From contig CAZAPF010000009.1 of the NCBI GenBank assembly GCA_964486885.1, positions 43,308 to 107,307 of the forward strand: a stretch of DNA of 64,000 bases. The letters are read 5' to 3'. The DNA is from an uncultured Verrucomicrobiota bacterium. Its GTDB lineage: Bacteria; Verrucomicrobiota; Kiritimatiellia; Kiritimatiellales; Pontiellaceae. Both the position numbers and the translations under genes were made by a program. The notes under the pieces are model-generated. The model was not told the origin of the DNA, ran no database searches, and was given only the letters and a program-made list of their open reading frames with translations. Below, piece by piece: positions 26,518 to 37,289 of the stretch. Each line of letters begins with the position of its first letter. Positions within the stretch are counted from its first letter, which is position 1.

Positions 26518-29500
26518 ATGACTGAAAAATCAAACTTACCCGAATACACAACAAACGGCGGAAAGCAGTTTGCTGACTTACTGAAAAACCAAGTGCTGAT
26601 GCTGGATGGAGCCATGGGCACGATGATTCAAAAGCATAAGCTGGAAGAATTCGATTTCCGGGGAGAACGATTTTCCGGCCATGCATCCGACCTGAAAGGA
26701 AACAACGATCTGCTGGTCATAACCAAACCGGATCTGATTGAGGATATTCATGTCGAATTTCTAGAAGCCGGTGCAGATATCATTGAAACCAACACCTTCA
26801 GTTCCACCACGATATCTCAGGCCGACTATGCACTGGAATCGCTCGTGAAAGAGCTGAATATCGAGGCGGCAAAGGTCGCCCGAAGGGCTGTTGACCGTGT
26901 TCTCTCGAACGATCCATCTCGCACACTCTTTGTTGCGGGCTCCATCGGCCCAACGAACCGTACGGCCTCCCTCTCTCCGGATGTAAATGATCCGGGCTAC
27001 CGGGCGGTAACCTTCGATGATCTCGTCGAAGCTTATACCGAGCAAACCGAAGCTTTGATTGAGGGCGGCGTTGATGTCCTGCTTGTTGAAACCATTTTCG
27101 ATACCCTCAATGCCAAGGCTGCGCTGTATGCGATCGAAGAAGTCTTCGACAGGACCGGCACCTGCCTGCCGATTATGATTTCGGTAACCATCACCGATAA
27201 ATCCGGGCGTACCCTTTCCGGCCAAACACCAACCGCATTCTGGTATAGTATCGAACACGCCAAACCGATCTCCGTCGGTATTAACTGTGCGCTGGGCGCC
27301 GAAGATATGCGCCCCTACATTGAAGAACTTGCCGAAGTGGCCCCCTGCTACATCAGCATCTACGCCAACGCCGGCTTGCCAAACGCGTTCGGCGGATACG
27401 ACGACACCCCCGAAGACATGGCAAAAATTTACGATGACTTTGCTGAACACAGCCTGGCCAATATCTGGGGAGGCTGCTGCGGCACCACGCCGGACCATAT
27501 TCGTGCCATGGCGGGAGCAGTTAAGAACCATACCCCGCGTGTTCCTCCTGAACCCGACAACCACCCTCGCTACAGCGGGCTCGAGCCCCTTCGCATCACA
27601 CCGGAAATGAATCTGGTGATGGTCGGCGAACGTTCCAACATTACCGGCTCGCCAAAGTTTGCGCGACTCATCCGCGAAGGTGATCTCGAAGCCGCACTGC
27701 AGATTGCCCGGCAGCAGGTGGAAAACGGCGCCAACCTGATCGATATTAATATGGATGAAGGATTGATCGATTCCGAAGACATGATGGTTAAATTCCTGAA
27801 CCTCGTTGCTTCGGAACCCGACATTTGCCGTGTACCGATCATGATCGATTCTTCCAAATGGGAAGTGATTGAAGCAGGTCTCAAATGCGTTCAAGGAAAA
27901 GGCATTGTCAATTCCATCAGCATGAAGGAAGGCGAGGATGCGTTCCGTGAACATGCCCGTAAAATCCAGCGCTATGGCGCAGGCATGGTCGTAATGGCGT
28001 TCGACGAAACCGGACAGGCTGATACCACACAACGCCGAATCGATATCTGTACACGGGCCTATAATATTCTCGTGAATGAACTGGGCATCGACCCGACCGA
28101 CATTATTTTTGATCCAAACGTTTTTCCTGTGGGAACCGGCATGGAGGAGCACTTTATTAATGCCACTTCCTTCTTCGAAGCAGCGGCCTACATCCGGGAA
28201 AACCTGCCTGGCGCCATGGTAAGCGGAGGCATCAGCAACGTGTCCTTTTCATTCCGTGGCAACAACCGTGTACGCGAAGCCATTCATGCCGCCTTCCTGT
28301 ATCACGGAATGGAAGCCGGCCTGAACATGGGTATCGTGAATCCAGGCATGCTGGAAGTCTATGACGAGGTTCCGGCCGATCTGATGAAGGCGGTTGAGGA
28401 CGTGGTTCTCAACCGCGATTCGGATGCCACCGAAAGGCTGATCGATTTTGCCGAGCGCGTTAAAGCCGAAGGCGGCGGCGCCAAAAAGGAAGTCGAGACA
28501 CAGCAGTGGCGCGAAGACTCTATTGAAGATCGCTTATCCCATGCTCTCGTGAAAGGAATTGTCGACTTTATTGACGAAGATGTGGAAGAAGCCCGCGTTA
28601 AATATGGCCGCCCGCTAAAAGTGATTGAAGGCCCGTTGATGGACGGTATGGGCATTGTGGGCGATCTGTTTGGCTCCGGAAAAATGTTCCTGCCGCAGGT
28701 GGTGAAGAGTGCCCGCGTTATGAAAAAGGCAGTGGCCTATCTGCTGCCGTTCATGGATGCCGAAAAAGACGGCACATCATCGAGTGCCGGTAAAGTGCTG
28801 ATGGCTACCGTAAAGGGCGATGTTCACGATATCGGAAAAAATATCGTCGGTGTCGTACTCGCCTGCAATAACTTTGAGGTGAAAGACATCGGTGTGATGG
28901 TTCCGTGGGAAACCATTCTGAAAGAAGCCAAGGAATGGGGGGCGGACATTATCGGCCTGTCCGGCCTCATAACGCCATCGCTCGACGAAATGGTGCACGT
29001 GGCCAAAGAGATGGAACGCGAAGGCATGAAGATTCCGTTGCTGGTCGGCGGCGCCACCACCAGCAAAAAACACACGGCCGTAAAAATTGAACCTGAATAC
29101 AGCGCCCCTTCAGTACACGTGCTGGATGCTTCGCGTGCAGTTACGGTGGTGCAGTCATTGCTCAGTCAGGATATTATGTATCGACGTGGCCTGAAAATTG
29201 AATATAACGCCATCCGCGAATCCCACGCCGCTTCGCAGGAAAAGCGTGAATTCATGACAGTTGATAAAATGCGTGCCAATTCCTTTGCCCCCGACTGGAC
29301 ATCCTACGAACCTCCACAGCCGGCATTCACCGGAATCAAAGCGGTTACCGGAATCAAAGCCGAAGACGTTGTTCCCTATATTGACTGGCTTCCCTTTTTC
29401 TGGACGTGGGAATTGCAGGGTAAATATCCGGAAATCCTCGAAAACGAAGGTGAGATCGGCGAACGAGCCCGCGAGGTATTCAATGATGCGCAGGTATTGC

Positions 29501-30231
29501 TTAAACAGATTATCGACGAAGATCTGTTTAACTTCAGCGGTGTCTATGGATTCTTCCCCGCCAACCGGGTTGGCGACGACATCGAAGTCTATACGGATGA
29601 AAGCCGCGACGCGGTTAAAACCACATTCCACTTCCTTCGTCAGCAAATGATCAAGAAAGACGAAACGCCTAACCGCAGTCTGGCTGATTTTGTGGCACCG
29701 AAAGAGACCGGCATTGCTGATTACATTGGAGGCTTTGCCGTCACATCCGGAACGAATGTCGGAGAGATTGCCCAGGAATACCGCGAGGACCACGACGACT
29801 ATAACTGCATTCTCATACAATCCCTCGGCGATCGCCTGGCCGAAGCCTTTGCGGAATATCTGCACAAGGTTGCGCGCGACGACTGGGGCTATGGCAAAGA
29901 TGAGGTACTGACCAAAGAACAGCTGATCAAAGAACAGTACCGCGGCATCCGACCAGCTCCGGGATACCCGGCCTGCCCCGACCATACGGAAAAGCGCATC
30001 CTCTTCGACCTGCTGGAAGTGGAAGCCCATTCTGAGATCCAACTCACGGAAAGCATGGCCATGAATCCACCCAGTGCGGTTTCGGGACATTATTTCTCGC
30101 ACCCTGATTCGCGCTACTTCCCGCTCGGACGCATCGACCGCGCACAGGTCGAAGACTATGCTGCGCGCAAAGGTTGGTCCGTTGAAGATGTTGAAAAATG
30201 GCTTTCCCCAAACTTAGGATACGACGCATGA
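26518..30231 (+). CDS. metH: Cobalamin-dependent methionine synthase
   Basis: 1237 aa with Hcy-binding, pterin-binding, B12-binding ([11 protein letters not shown]) and AdoMet-activation domains, all recognisable. Confidence 0.97.
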   Translation: MTEKSNLPEYTTNGGKQFADLLKNQVLMLDGAMGTMIQKHKLEEFDFRGERFSGHASDLKGNNDLLVITKPDLIEDIHVEFLEAGADIIETNTFSSTTISQADYALESLVKELNIEAAKVARRAVDRVLSNDPSRTLFVAGSIGPTNRTASLSPDVNDPGYRAVTFDDLVEAYTEQTEALIEGGVDVLLVETIFDTLNAKAALYAIEEVFDRTGTCLPIMISVTITDKSGRTLSGQTPTAFWYSIEHAKPISVGINCALGAEDMRPYIEELAEVAPCYISIYANAGLPNAFGGYDDTPEDMAKIYDDFAEHSLANIWGGCCGTTPDHIRAMAGAVKNHTPRVPPEPDNHPRYSGLEPLRITPEMNLVMVGERSNITGSPKFARLIREGDLEAALQIARQQVENGANLIDINMDEGLIDSEDMMVKFLNLVASEPDICRVPIMIDSSKWEVIEAGLKCVQGKGIVNSISMKEGEDAFREHARKIQRYGAGMVVMAFDETGQADTTQRRIDICTRAYNILVNELGIDPTDIIFDPNVFPVGTGMEEHFINATSFFEAAAYIRENLPGAMVSGGISNVSFSFRGNNRVREAIHAAFLYHGMEAGLNMGIVNPGMLEVYDEVPADLMKAVEDVVLNRDSDATERLIDFAERVKAEGGGAKKEVETQQWREDSIEDRLSHALVKGIVDFIDEDVEEARVKYGRPLKVIEGPLMDGMGIVGDLFGSGKMFLPQVVKSARVMKKAVAYLLPFMDAEKDGTSSSAGKVLMATVKGDVHDIGKNIVGVVLACNNFEVKDIGVMVPWETILKEAKEWGADIIGLSGLITPSLDEMVHVAKEMEREGMKIPLLVGGATTSKKHTAVKIEPEYSAPSVHVLDASRAVTVVQSLLSQDIMYRRGLKIEYNAIRESHAASQEKREFMTVDKMRANSFAPDWTSYEPPQPAFTGIKAVTGIKAEDVVPYIDWLPFFWTWELQGKYPEILENEGEIGERAREVFNDAQVLLKQIIDEDLFNFSGVYGFFPANRVGDDIEVYTDESRDAVKTTFHFLRQQMIKKDETPNRSLADFVAPKETGIADYIGGFAVTSGTNVGEIAQEYREDHDDYNCILIQSLGDRLAEAFAEYLHKVARDDWGYGKDEVLTKEQLIKEQYRGIRPAPGYPACPDHTEKRILFDLLEVEAHSEIQLTESMAMNPPSAVSGHYFSHPDSRYFPLGRIDRAQVEDYAARKGWSVEDVEKWLSPNLGYDA

Positions 30232-32057
30232 AAAATATACTAGAACGCATATCTGAGCATCCTCTCATTTTCGACGGGGCAATGGGCACGATGATCTACT
30301 CTAAAGGCGTGTTCATTAATACCTGCTATGAACATCTATGCATCACCAGCCCGAAGCTGATTGCCGGCATTCATCAGGAATATGCCGATGCCGGAGCGGA
30401 TGTAATCGAAACAAATTCGTTTGGCGCAAACCGTCTGAAGCTGCAGGGGCATGGTCTTGCCGATCAACTGGAAGACATTAACCGGGCATCCGTACGTCTT
30501 GCCCGCAAAGCCGCCGGAGATGATGCTCTGGTTGCAGGATCTGTTGGCCCTATTCTTAAATCGGGACAGGTCTACCTGGATAGTCAGGCGGAAGAATTGG
30601 AAACAATATTCCGCGAACAACTGGCGATCCTGGCCGACGAAGGCGTCGACTTTTTCATGCTTGAAACGTTCACGCATATTCAGGAAGCACAGCTGGCCGC
30701 CAAAGTTGCCAAACAGTTCAAGATTCCGGTCTTTGTCTCTGTCACGGTAAGCAAGGAAGGCGAAACGGAAAAAGGCCGGAAGATTGAACAGCTGATTCAG
30801 ACATTGGAAGGCGACAGCAACGTCGATGGTATAGGCCTCAATTGCGGTGTTGGACCGGCAGCGGCCTATGCCAATGCCGAACGTGCCCTGCCCCATACCA
30901 CCAAGCCTTTCGTCATTATGGCCAACGCCGGACTGCCGCAGGAAGTGGATGGCCGGATGATCTATATGGCTTCGCCGGAATACTTCACCGAATACGCAAA
31001 ACGTATGATCGAGCTCGGCGTGCGCGGTGTCGGCGGATGCTGTGGAACCACGCCAGCTGATATTGCCATCATGGCCAAGAACATCAAATCGATGACCGGC
31101 GTTAAGCAGCATGTTGCCATTGCCAGCCATGCCGAACAGGCAGCGCCCGAAGTGGACGTTATTCCGATGGCAGACAAATGCGGTTTTGCCGCCAAACTGG
31201 CGCGCGGCGAAAAAGTGACGAGTGTTGAAATCACGCCGCCCCGTTCCATCGACCTTCAACCCATGCTTGATAAATGTCAGGTGTGTAAAGATGCCGGTAT
31301 CGATGCGATTAACATTCCCGACGGCCCCCGTGCCAGTGCACGGATTTCACCGATGGTGGCGGCTCTCGCGGTTGAGCGCGATGTAGGTATTGAAACCGTG
31401 CTGCACTATTGCTGCCGCGACCGCAACCTGATCGGCATGCAGTCGGACCTGCTCGGCGGCTATGCCGGCGGCCTGCGGAACTATCTCATCATCACCGGCG
31501 ATCCGCCCAAGCTCGGCGACTATCCCGATTCTACCGCCGTCTTCGATGTCGATGCCGTTGGCCTAACGCAGGTGGTCACCAACCTGAATCATGGAATCGA
31601 TGTGGGCGGGAATCCGATCAATCCTCCGACCGGCATCCTGATCGGCGTGGGAGCAAATCCCTGTGCAGTGGAACCGGAACGGGAGCTGCAGCATTACATC
31701 AATAAGATTAACGCCGGGGCGGAGTATTCCATTACCCAGCCGATCTTTGATCCTGAAGCCCTGCTGCGCTTCCTGGATACTGCCGAAGCCAAAGGCGGCG
31801 ACATCCCGGTCGTCGCCGGCGTCTGGCCGCTGGTTTCGTTCCGCAACGCAGAATTCCTCGCCAACGAAGTGCCCGGCGTGGAAGTGCCGGACGCCATCCT
31901 TGAACGCATGAGCAAGGCAAAGACCAAGGAAGACGGACGCAAGCTCGGCATCGAGATTGCCCGCGAAATCTGTGACCGCATTGCCGACCGCGTCGCCGGC
32001 TATCAGGTCAGCGCCCCGTTCGGTATTGTCGACCTCGCACTGCAGGTACTGGAATAA
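30228..32057 (+). CDS. Bifunctional homocysteine S-methyltransferase / 5,10-methylenetetrahydrofolate reductase (B. subtilis YitJ-like fusion)
   Basis: The N-terminal Hcy-binding domain has FDGAMGT and GGCCGTTP. The C-terminal half is MetF-like. The ATG at 30228 overlaps the metH stop (ATGA). The track's alternative start is 30198. Confidence 0.88.
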   Translation: MKNILERISEHPLIFDGAMGTMIYSKGVFINTCYEHLCITSPKLIAGIHQEYADAGADVIETNSFGANRLKLQGHGLADQLEDINRASVRLARKAAGDDALVAGSVGPILKSGQVYLDSQAEELETIFREQLAILADEGVDFFMLETFTHIQEAQLAAKVAKQFKIPVFVSVTVSKEGETEKGRKIEQLIQTLEGDSNVDGIGLNCGVGPAAAYANAERALPHTTKPFVIMANAGLPQEVDGRMIYMASPEYFTEYAKRMIELGVRGVGGCCGTTPADIAIMAKNIKSMTGVKQHVAIASHAEQAAPEVDVIPMADKCGFAAKLARGEKVTSVEITPPRSIDLQPMLDKCQVCKDAGIDAINIPDGPRASARISPMVAALAVERDVGIETVLHYCCRDRNLIGMQSDLLGGYAGGLRNYLIITGDPPKLGDYPDSTAVFDVDAVGLTQVVTNLNHGIDVGGNPINPPTGILIGVGANPCAVEPERELQHYINKINAGAEYSITQPIFDPEALLRFLDTAEAKGGDIPVVAGVWPLVSFRNAEFLANEVPGVEVPDAILERMSKAKTKEDGRKLGIEIAREICDRIADRVAGYQVSAPFGIVDLALQVLE

Positions 32058-32123
32058 AATTGATTCAAAGGCTGGAAGTCAGGGACCGGGGCCTGTATAT
32101 AGCACCGTTTTAGTGAGGTATTT

Positions 32124-32543
32124 ATGTCCGAAGATTTAGAAAAACTGCATGCGTATTACCGCGAAGACGACAATCAATTCCAGATTGCCGGTGGCGTAGA
32201 GGGTATTACGAAACTCGCCAATGATTTTTATGACCAGATGGAAACGCTGAAGGAATCCCGCAAGATCCTTCATATGCACCCAACTGACCTGACCGTATCA
32301 CGCGAAAAGCTTGCGCGCTTCCTGTGTGGATATATGAACGGCCCGGAACTGTATGAAGAAAAATACGGCCCGCTGGCACTGGGTCCGGCACACAGCCATC
32401 TTCCCATCGGAACTCCGGAAACGGATGCGTGGTTACTGTGCATGAAAAAGGCGCTGGAGATGCAGGACTGGCCGCAGGAGTTCAAGGACTTCATGTATAT
32501 GCGTCTGTGCACGCCGGCCAGCCGGATCCAGAACCGCCCTTAA
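32124..32543 (+). CDS. Truncated (group 2-like) hemoglobin
   Basis: 139 aa. The pattern FYDQM...KLARFLCGYMNGPELY...H..LPI....DAWL.CM..AL matches the 2-on-2 globin layout. Confidence 0.7.
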   Translation: MSEDLEKLHAYYREDDNQFQIAGGVEGITKLANDFYDQMETLKESRKILHMHPTDLTVSREKLARFLCGYMNGPELYEEKYGPLALGPAHSHLPIGTPETDAWLLCMKKALEMQDWPQEFKDFMYMRLCTPASRIQNRP

Positions 32544-32559
32544 AGCATCCTTCTCATAT

Positions 32560-32835
32560 GGAGGGACGGCCTCCGTGTCGTCCTAACGGAGAATCGGAGA
32601 GCTATATTGCGTGCGAAGGACGGGACAGAGCCCGTCCCTCCACTAGGTGAACATGGAAAATGAGGGGAGCAGAAGCAATTGAAGTACCGATTTCATAATT
32701 CCAATGGCTGGAGTTTTTTCCAGTGGCTGGAACTTGCAGGGGAGCCGCCAAGCTGGCGGCGGTACGTACCGCCAGCTTCCAGCAGGCTCGGCTGTAGGGG
32801 TAACCTCCGTGTCGCCCTGTGGTGAATCGGCACAA
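32560..32835. repeat. Cluster of REP-like structured repeats filling the globin / histidine-kinase intergenic region
   Basis: 32560-32641 is a GGAGGGACGG...CCGTCCCTCC-clamped element with internal hairpins. 32699-32733 holds two direct copies of TTCCA(A/G)TGGCTGGA. 32747-32780 is a long hairpin, AAGCTGGCGG...CCGCCAGCTT. 32804-32816 is CCTCCGTGTCGCC, which also occurs as CCTCCGTGTCGTC at 32570 and exactly at 60632. Confidence 0.7.
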
Positions 32836-32852
32836 CTAAAAACACCACTCCC

Positions 32853-34802
32853 CTAACCCGGCAGGCCCACCCACTTCAGGAGCATGGCGGATAACTCCGC
32901 CACATTAATCGGCTTGGTAACATAGCCATCCATGCCCCCTTCCAGGCACCGTTCCCGGTCGCCGCTGAGGGCATGGGCCGTGATGGCGATAATCGGGATC
33001 CGGGATTCCCCCTCATTAACTTCACGTTCGCGAATAATCCGGGTGGTTTCCAGTCCGTCCATTTTGGGCATCTGCACATCCATCAGCACGAGGTCGTAGA
33101 CTTCATCCTTCAGACGTTCTATCGCATCAAACCCATCATTTACCGCATCGGCCTTGCATCCCATTTTATTCAGTGTACGAACGGCCACAGTCTGATTCAC
33201 CCGATTATCTTCAACCACCAGCACGCGAACAGTCCAATCAAGGGAAGCAATGGCCTGCCGCGTTTGCACCAGTAAATCTGTCGTGATATTCGGGTCATCT
33301 TCCTGATGATTTCTGCGTGGCTCATTTTTCTGAAAGTCAAAGGCCGTTTGAGCATTCCGAGCATTTTGCAGGTCTACCGAAATTTCAAACCAGAAAACCG
33401 ACCCCTGGCCAACTGTACTTTCCGCTCCGATATTTCCACCCATCACTTCCACAAGCTGTTTGCAAATAGTCAGGCCTAGCCCAGTACCACCATAGGTTCG
33501 CGAGGTGGACGCATCGAGTTGCTGAAAAGCGTCGAAGATATGAGCCAGGTGCTCGGGCTCAATTCCGATGCCGGTATCGCGGACTTCAAATCGAAGATGA
33601 ATATGATCCGTGTGGTGGTCCGCCAGCGTAACGCGCAGGGCGACCTCGCCTTCGTCCGTAAACTTGATCGCATTACCGGCAAGGTTGGTCAAGATCTGCC
33701 GCAGCCGGCCCACATCACCGCATAAACTGGATGGAGCCTCCGAGTCGACATACATGCTCAGCCCAACCCCCTTGCGCTTTGCCTGCAGGGCGAGAATAGC
33801 ATGAAGATCATCAAATACCTCTTTCAGATCAAAATCCAGAACTTCGATCTGCATGTGCCCCGCTTCAATCTTAGAAAAATCAAGAATGTCATTTACGATA
33901 GAAAGCAGAGCCTTCCCGCTCTTGCGGATGGTATCGGCATACTCCTGTTGCTCCGCAGCCAGACCGGAGTCCAGCAACAGCGTTGTTACCCCAATGATTC
34001 CGTTCATGGGTGTCCGGATTTCATGGCTCATATTGGCCAGAAATTCGCTCTTGGCAATATTGGCCGCCTGCGCCTCAACCGCCAGCTTGTTGGCGCGGTC
34101 GATCGCAATCTGCAGTTGTTCGTTGGCTTCCTCCAGATTTTCGCGCGCTTCTTCCGTATCCTCATTCATGCTGACGAGTACGGCAATGTTGGATTCCTGC
34201 TCCTTCAGCAATACATCACGGGCAACTTCTTCGTTACGCCTGCCCGTAATGTCCGTAGCCGAAAAAATAATCCCAGCAGACAGCACTTCTGGGTGCGTTG
34301 CCGTCAGCGTCAGCTCAATATCAAGAATGCGCCCATCCTTACATTTCCATCGGGTTTCGGTCTTCACAAACCCTTCCTGTTCGAGGACGTCATAAACAAT
34401 TTGACCGATCCGGTCATACTCTTTCTGATCGGCATAAATGATCCGGGCATCCTTGCCGATTAACTCCTCTTCTGAAAATCCCGTCAGTTCAAGGAAGGCC
34501 GGATTAACCCATTGGCAGCAACGATCCGCAACCATTCCAATACCGATGGGAACGGCCCGCACAATGCTTTTCATCTGAGCTTCATTATGCTCAATGGCCA
34601 TGCGCAACAGTTCGGCCCGGGCGCGGTCATGGTCCAGATCCGCGGCCCGCTGCTCCAACCGTTTTTTCAGCCGGCGATTCCAAAGAAGGACAACTACCAG
34701 TGCCAGCAAAGCCAACAACTGAATGGCCATAAAAAACGGCCAGATACGGGATGGGTCATACCAGGGTGCCGATGTTGCGGCTATGGCAATAAAAGTGTTC
34801 AT
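32853..34802 (-). CDS. Hybrid sensor histidine kinase / response regulator (TM-PAS-HisKA-HATPase-REC)
   Basis: 649 aa with the H-box [12 protein letters not shown]-boxes (GTGLGL) and a C-terminal receiver ([14 protein letters not shown]). Confidence 0.92.
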   Translation of the reverse strand: MNTFIAIAATSAPWYDPSRIWPFFMAIQLLALLALVVVLLWNRRLKKRLEQRAADLDHDRARAELLRMAIEHNEAQMKSIVRAVPIGIGMVADRCCQWVNPAFLELTGFSEEELIGKDARIIYADQKEYDRIGQIVYDVLEQEGFVKTETRWKCKDGRILDIELTLTATHPEVLSAGIIFSATDITGRRNEEVARDVLLKEQESNIAVLVSMNEDTEEARENLEEANEQLQIAIDRANKLAVEAQAANIAKSEFLANMSHEIRTPMNGIIGVTTLLLDSGLAAEQQEYADTIRKSGKALLSIVNDILDFSKIEAGHMQIEVLDFDLKEVFDDLHAILALQAKRKGVGLSMYVDSEAPSSLCGDVGRLRQILTNLAGNAIKFTDEGEVALRVTLADHHTDHIHLRFEVRDTGIGIEPEHLAHIFDAFQQLDASTSRTYGGTGLGLTICKQLVEVMGGNIGAESTVGQGSVFWFEISVDLQNARNAQTAFDFQKNEPRRNHQEDDPNITTDLLVQTRQAIASLDWTVRVLVVEDNRVNQTVAVRTLNKMGCKADAVNDGFDAIERLKDEVYDLVLMDVQMPKMDGLETTRIIREREVNEGESRIPIIAITAHALSGDRERCLEGGMDGYVTKPINVAELSAMLLKWVGLPG

Positions 34803-34844
34803 TTTTCCTGTGTTTGGAAGTGCTTTCTGCTTCCAATAGGAAAA

Positions 34845-36152
34845 CTATGACAAAAACAGTTCTATAGTGCGATCAATTCTTGCCAACACTCTGACACGTC
34901 CAAGGACGGCCAGCAGCGGAAACAGATCCGGACCGGATTGCACGCCGGACACCGCAATGCGTACGGGAGCCATCACGGCACCGAATCCCAATCCGGATTC
35001 TTCCACAAAATCATGCAGGGCTTTATCCGTACTCGCTTCGTCAAACGTTTCGAGTGATTCAAACATCGCCTTCACTTTGGCCAGCGTATCCACGACTCCG
35101 TCTTTCTGGAGTTTTTTACGGACAGCCTTTTGGTCGTATTCAAAATTATCGTTAAAGAAATACCCGACCATGGGCACAATATCGGCTACCGTTTTCACGC
35201 GCTCTCGGATTAATCCAAACACCTGCTTTGCATAATCCGGTTCCGCATTAATGCCGGCCTGTTCCAGTTGCTTAAATGCCGACGCTTCAAATTCTTCAGC
35301 AGGCAGTTTCTGCATATATTCGCCGTTCATCCATGTCAGCTTGCGCAAGTCGACCTGCGCGGCGGACGACTGGCAGCGGGCCAGATCGAAGGCCTCGACC
35401 ATTTCATCGCGCGTCATTACTTCGCGGTCATCCCCCGGCGACCACCCGAGCAGTGCGAGATAGTTAAACAATGCATCACCCAGAAAACCCTTTTCCCGAA
35501 AGTCGCCCACAAAGGCATCGCCATCACGTTTGGAATAGGGTTTACCCTGCGCATTTACAATCATCGGAAGGTGGGCAAATTTCGGTACTTCCGCACCGAG
35601 CGCCTGATACAGCGCAATATGGCGATAGGTATTTTCAATGTGGTCATCTCCACGAATCACGTGCGTGACGCCCTGCTCGATATCATCCAGCACATTGGCC
35701 AGATGAAATACCGGTGTTCCGTTAGAACGTACGATTACGAAGTCCTGCATGTTTTCCGCAGCCTTGGAAAGCGTGCCCTTGATGCCATCCTCAAAGGATG
35801 TATCGTTGCCCGGCATTCTAAAGATTACGCATTCACCCTGCCCGGTGCCACCTTTATCTTCTTTGTAGGCCATGCCCTTGGAAAGCAGCAGTTCTGCCGC
35901 CTCCAAATGGGCTTCCATACGGGTGCTCTGATAAAGCGGCTCTTCATCTACATCCAGTTTGAACCACGCCATAGCATCGAGAAGCGTCTGAATGGCTTCC
36001 GGGGTTGAGCGCTCGCGGTCGGTATCCTCTACACGGAGGAGAAACTCGCCGCCATGATGGCGCGTAAACAGCCAGTTATAAATCGCGGCGCGCATATTGC
36101 CGATATGGACATTGCCCGTCGGACTCGGGGCAAAACGTGTACGTACTTTCAT
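34845..36152 (-). CDS. gltX: Glutamate--tRNA ligase
   Basis: 435 aa with RFAPSPTGNVHIGN (HIGH) and a KMSKS-like KPYSKRDG. Confidence 0.92.
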   Translation of the reverse strand: MKVRTRFAPSPTGNVHIGNMRAAIYNWLFTRHHGGEFLLRVEDTDRERSTPEAIQTLLDAMAWFKLDVDEEPLYQSTRMEAHLEAAELLLSKGMAYKEDKGGTGQGECVIFRMPGNDTSFEDGIKGTLSKAAENMQDFVIVRSNGTPVFHLANVLDDIEQGVTHVIRGDDHIENTYRHIALYQALGAEVPKFAHLPMIVNAQGKPYSKRDGDAFVGDFREKGFLGDALFNYLALLGWSPGDDREVMTRDEMVEAFDLARCQSSAAQVDLRKLTWMNGEYMQKLPAEEFEASAFKQLEQAGINAEPDYAKQVFGLIRERVKTVADIVPMVGYFFNDNFEYDQKAVRKKLQKDGVVDTLAKVKAMFESLETFDEASTDKALHDFVEESGLGFGAVMAPVRIAVSGVQSGPDLFPLLAVLGRVRVLARIDRTIELFLS

Positions 36153-36172
36153 GAATCAAATCTCCGATTTAC

Positions 36173-36255
36173 ATAATTCGTGACCCGTAATTCGTAATTT
36201 CCCCTCGACAAGGTCAGATGCACTCGCAAAATTCATTACGCATTACAAATTACGG
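36173..36255. repeat. Inverted AATTACG-type heptad repeat arms in the divergent gltX/hpt promoter region
   Basis: The left arm CCGTAATTCGTAATTT (36184-36199) matches the reverse complement of 36240-36255 (CCGTAATTTGTAATGC) at 13 of 16 positions. Confidence 0.45.
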
Positions 36256-36271
36256 AGCCGGAGGCTACCCC

Positions 36272-36811
36272 ATGAGAGCGCACGATGTAAAAGAAATCCT
36301 GATTGATAAAATGACAATTTCGGAACGTGTCGATTCCCTGGTAGACGAAATCATTGATGAAGCCAAACCGGACAAACTGGTGGTGGTCGGCATCCTGAAA
36401 GGCAGCTTTATGTTTCTGGCAGATCTGATGCGCAGCTTTCACCGCCATGATGTCCATCCGCGCATCGACTTCCTGACCCTTTCGAGCTATGGATCGGGTA
36501 CGGTTTCGTCGGGATCCGTCGCAATTATTCACGATATCCGCGAGGACCTTTCCGGAGCCGATGTTCTGCTTGTTGATGACATTCTCGATACGGGCAGAAC
36601 GCTGGCCTTCACACGACAGCTTATGCTTAAGCGGGGTGCCAGATCGGTTCATTCCTGCGTGCTGCTCGATAAAAAGGCTCACCGGGCAGTGGAATTTGAA
36701 GCCGATTATGCAGGTTTTCCCATTGATGACCACTTTGTGGTCGGTTACGGGCTGGACTACGACAATCTCTACCGCGAGCTTCCCCACATCGCCAAAGTAA
36801 ACTTCCATTAA
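36272..36811 (+). CDS. hpt: Hypoxanthine phosphoribosyltransferase
   Basis: It has the PRPP motif VLLVDDILDTGRTL. The ATG at 36272 is preceded by GGAGG. The track start at 36218 reads through the upstream repeat. Confidence 0.92.
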   Translation: MRAHDVKEILIDKMTISERVDSLVDEIIDEAKPDKLVVVGILKGSFMFLADLMRSFHRHDVHPRIDFLTLSSYGSGTVSSGSVAIIHDIREDLSGADVLLVDDILDTGRTLAFTRQLMLKRGARSVHSCVLLDKKAHRAVEFEADYAGFPIDDHFVVGYGLDYDNLYRELPHIAKVNFH

Positions 36812-36833
36812 CCGTTTCGGCACCAATCCCAAC

Positions 36834-36934
36834 TGGAGGGCGATGAAATTGCTTCTAAGGTTGCAATTATATCCGAGCCGGCACGTGCGCAGGGGTTCGG
36901 ACTGAGCCTCACCCTCCAAATTTATATCCGCTGA
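36834..36934 (+). repeat. 101-nt composite hairpin element, copy A (GGAGGG...CCCTCC clamp)
   Basis: Layout: TGGAGGGCGA + TG + 25-nt mini-palindrome (36846-36870) + core hairpin ATCCGAGCCGGCACGTGCGCAGGGGTTCGGA + CTGAG + CCTCACCCTCCAAATTTATATCCGCTGA. It starts 23 nt after the hpt stop. Confidence 0.8.
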
Positions 36935-37040
36935 GCCGAATGTTTTGATCATTCCTTGGGAACTGGCATATCCGCCAGAATGAAGCGAGGTTTCATCCAA
37001 CCCAGCACCCACGTTTTTCTGAAGTCAGAGCCGCCTCGTG

Positions 37041-37141
37041 TGGAGGGCGAGGTTCCATCCGAGCCGTACGTGCGCAGGGAGTTCGGACATAATTGCAACC
37101 TTAGAAGCAATTTCCTCACCCTCCAAATTTATGTCCCCTGA
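37041..37141 (+). repeat. 101-nt composite hairpin element, copy B (same head, core and tail as A; the 25-nt module is on the other side and inverted)
   Basis: Layout: TGGAGGGCGA + GGTTCC + core ATCCGAGCCGTACGTGCGCAGGGAGTTCGGA (28/31 identical to A) + C + ATAATTGCAACCTTAGAAGCAATTT (37089-37113, the exact reverse complement of 36846-36870) + CCTCACCCTCCAAATTTATGTCCCCTGA. Confidence 0.8.
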
Positions 37142-37289
37142 ACAAAGCGCTCAAATCCCTGTCCAATGTAACCACTTAACCATCGTCTTTGTGGTTGAAG
37201 CAGAAGGATGATCATAATATACGTCTATTTGGTACTCGAAATGCTTAATCAGTAACCTTCTGCCCAGGTTAGAATAACAACGATAAACT

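Noticed and set aside
32429-32835. Small ORFs at 32429..32650 and 32602..32835 in the globin / histidine-kinase gap, and at 42299..42496 upstream of the helicase gene.
   Set aside because: They are made of REP-like palindromes, have no RBS or start context, and repeat-derived peptides like these are a common annotation artefact.
36236-37012. A 258-aa minus-strand ORF and the 61-aa ORF at 36956..37141, which together span the hpt gene and the two 101-nt repeats.
   Set aside because: The first is antisense to hpt, and its N-terminal part is simply a translation of repeat copy A. The second is a translation of copy B. The similar peptides (NCNLRSNF...) are a by-product of the DNA repeat.
36846-37113. 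Possibility that the inverted 25-mer marks a site-specific DNA inversion switch.
   Set aside because: The core hairpin between head and tail keeps the same loop orientation in both copies, so simple inversion of the interior does not convert A into B. No recombinase gene is nearby.
32560-37141. Possibility that the recurrent palindromes are a CRISPR array.
   Set aside because: The repeats are not regularly spaced, are not identical, are separated by genes, and no cas genes are present.
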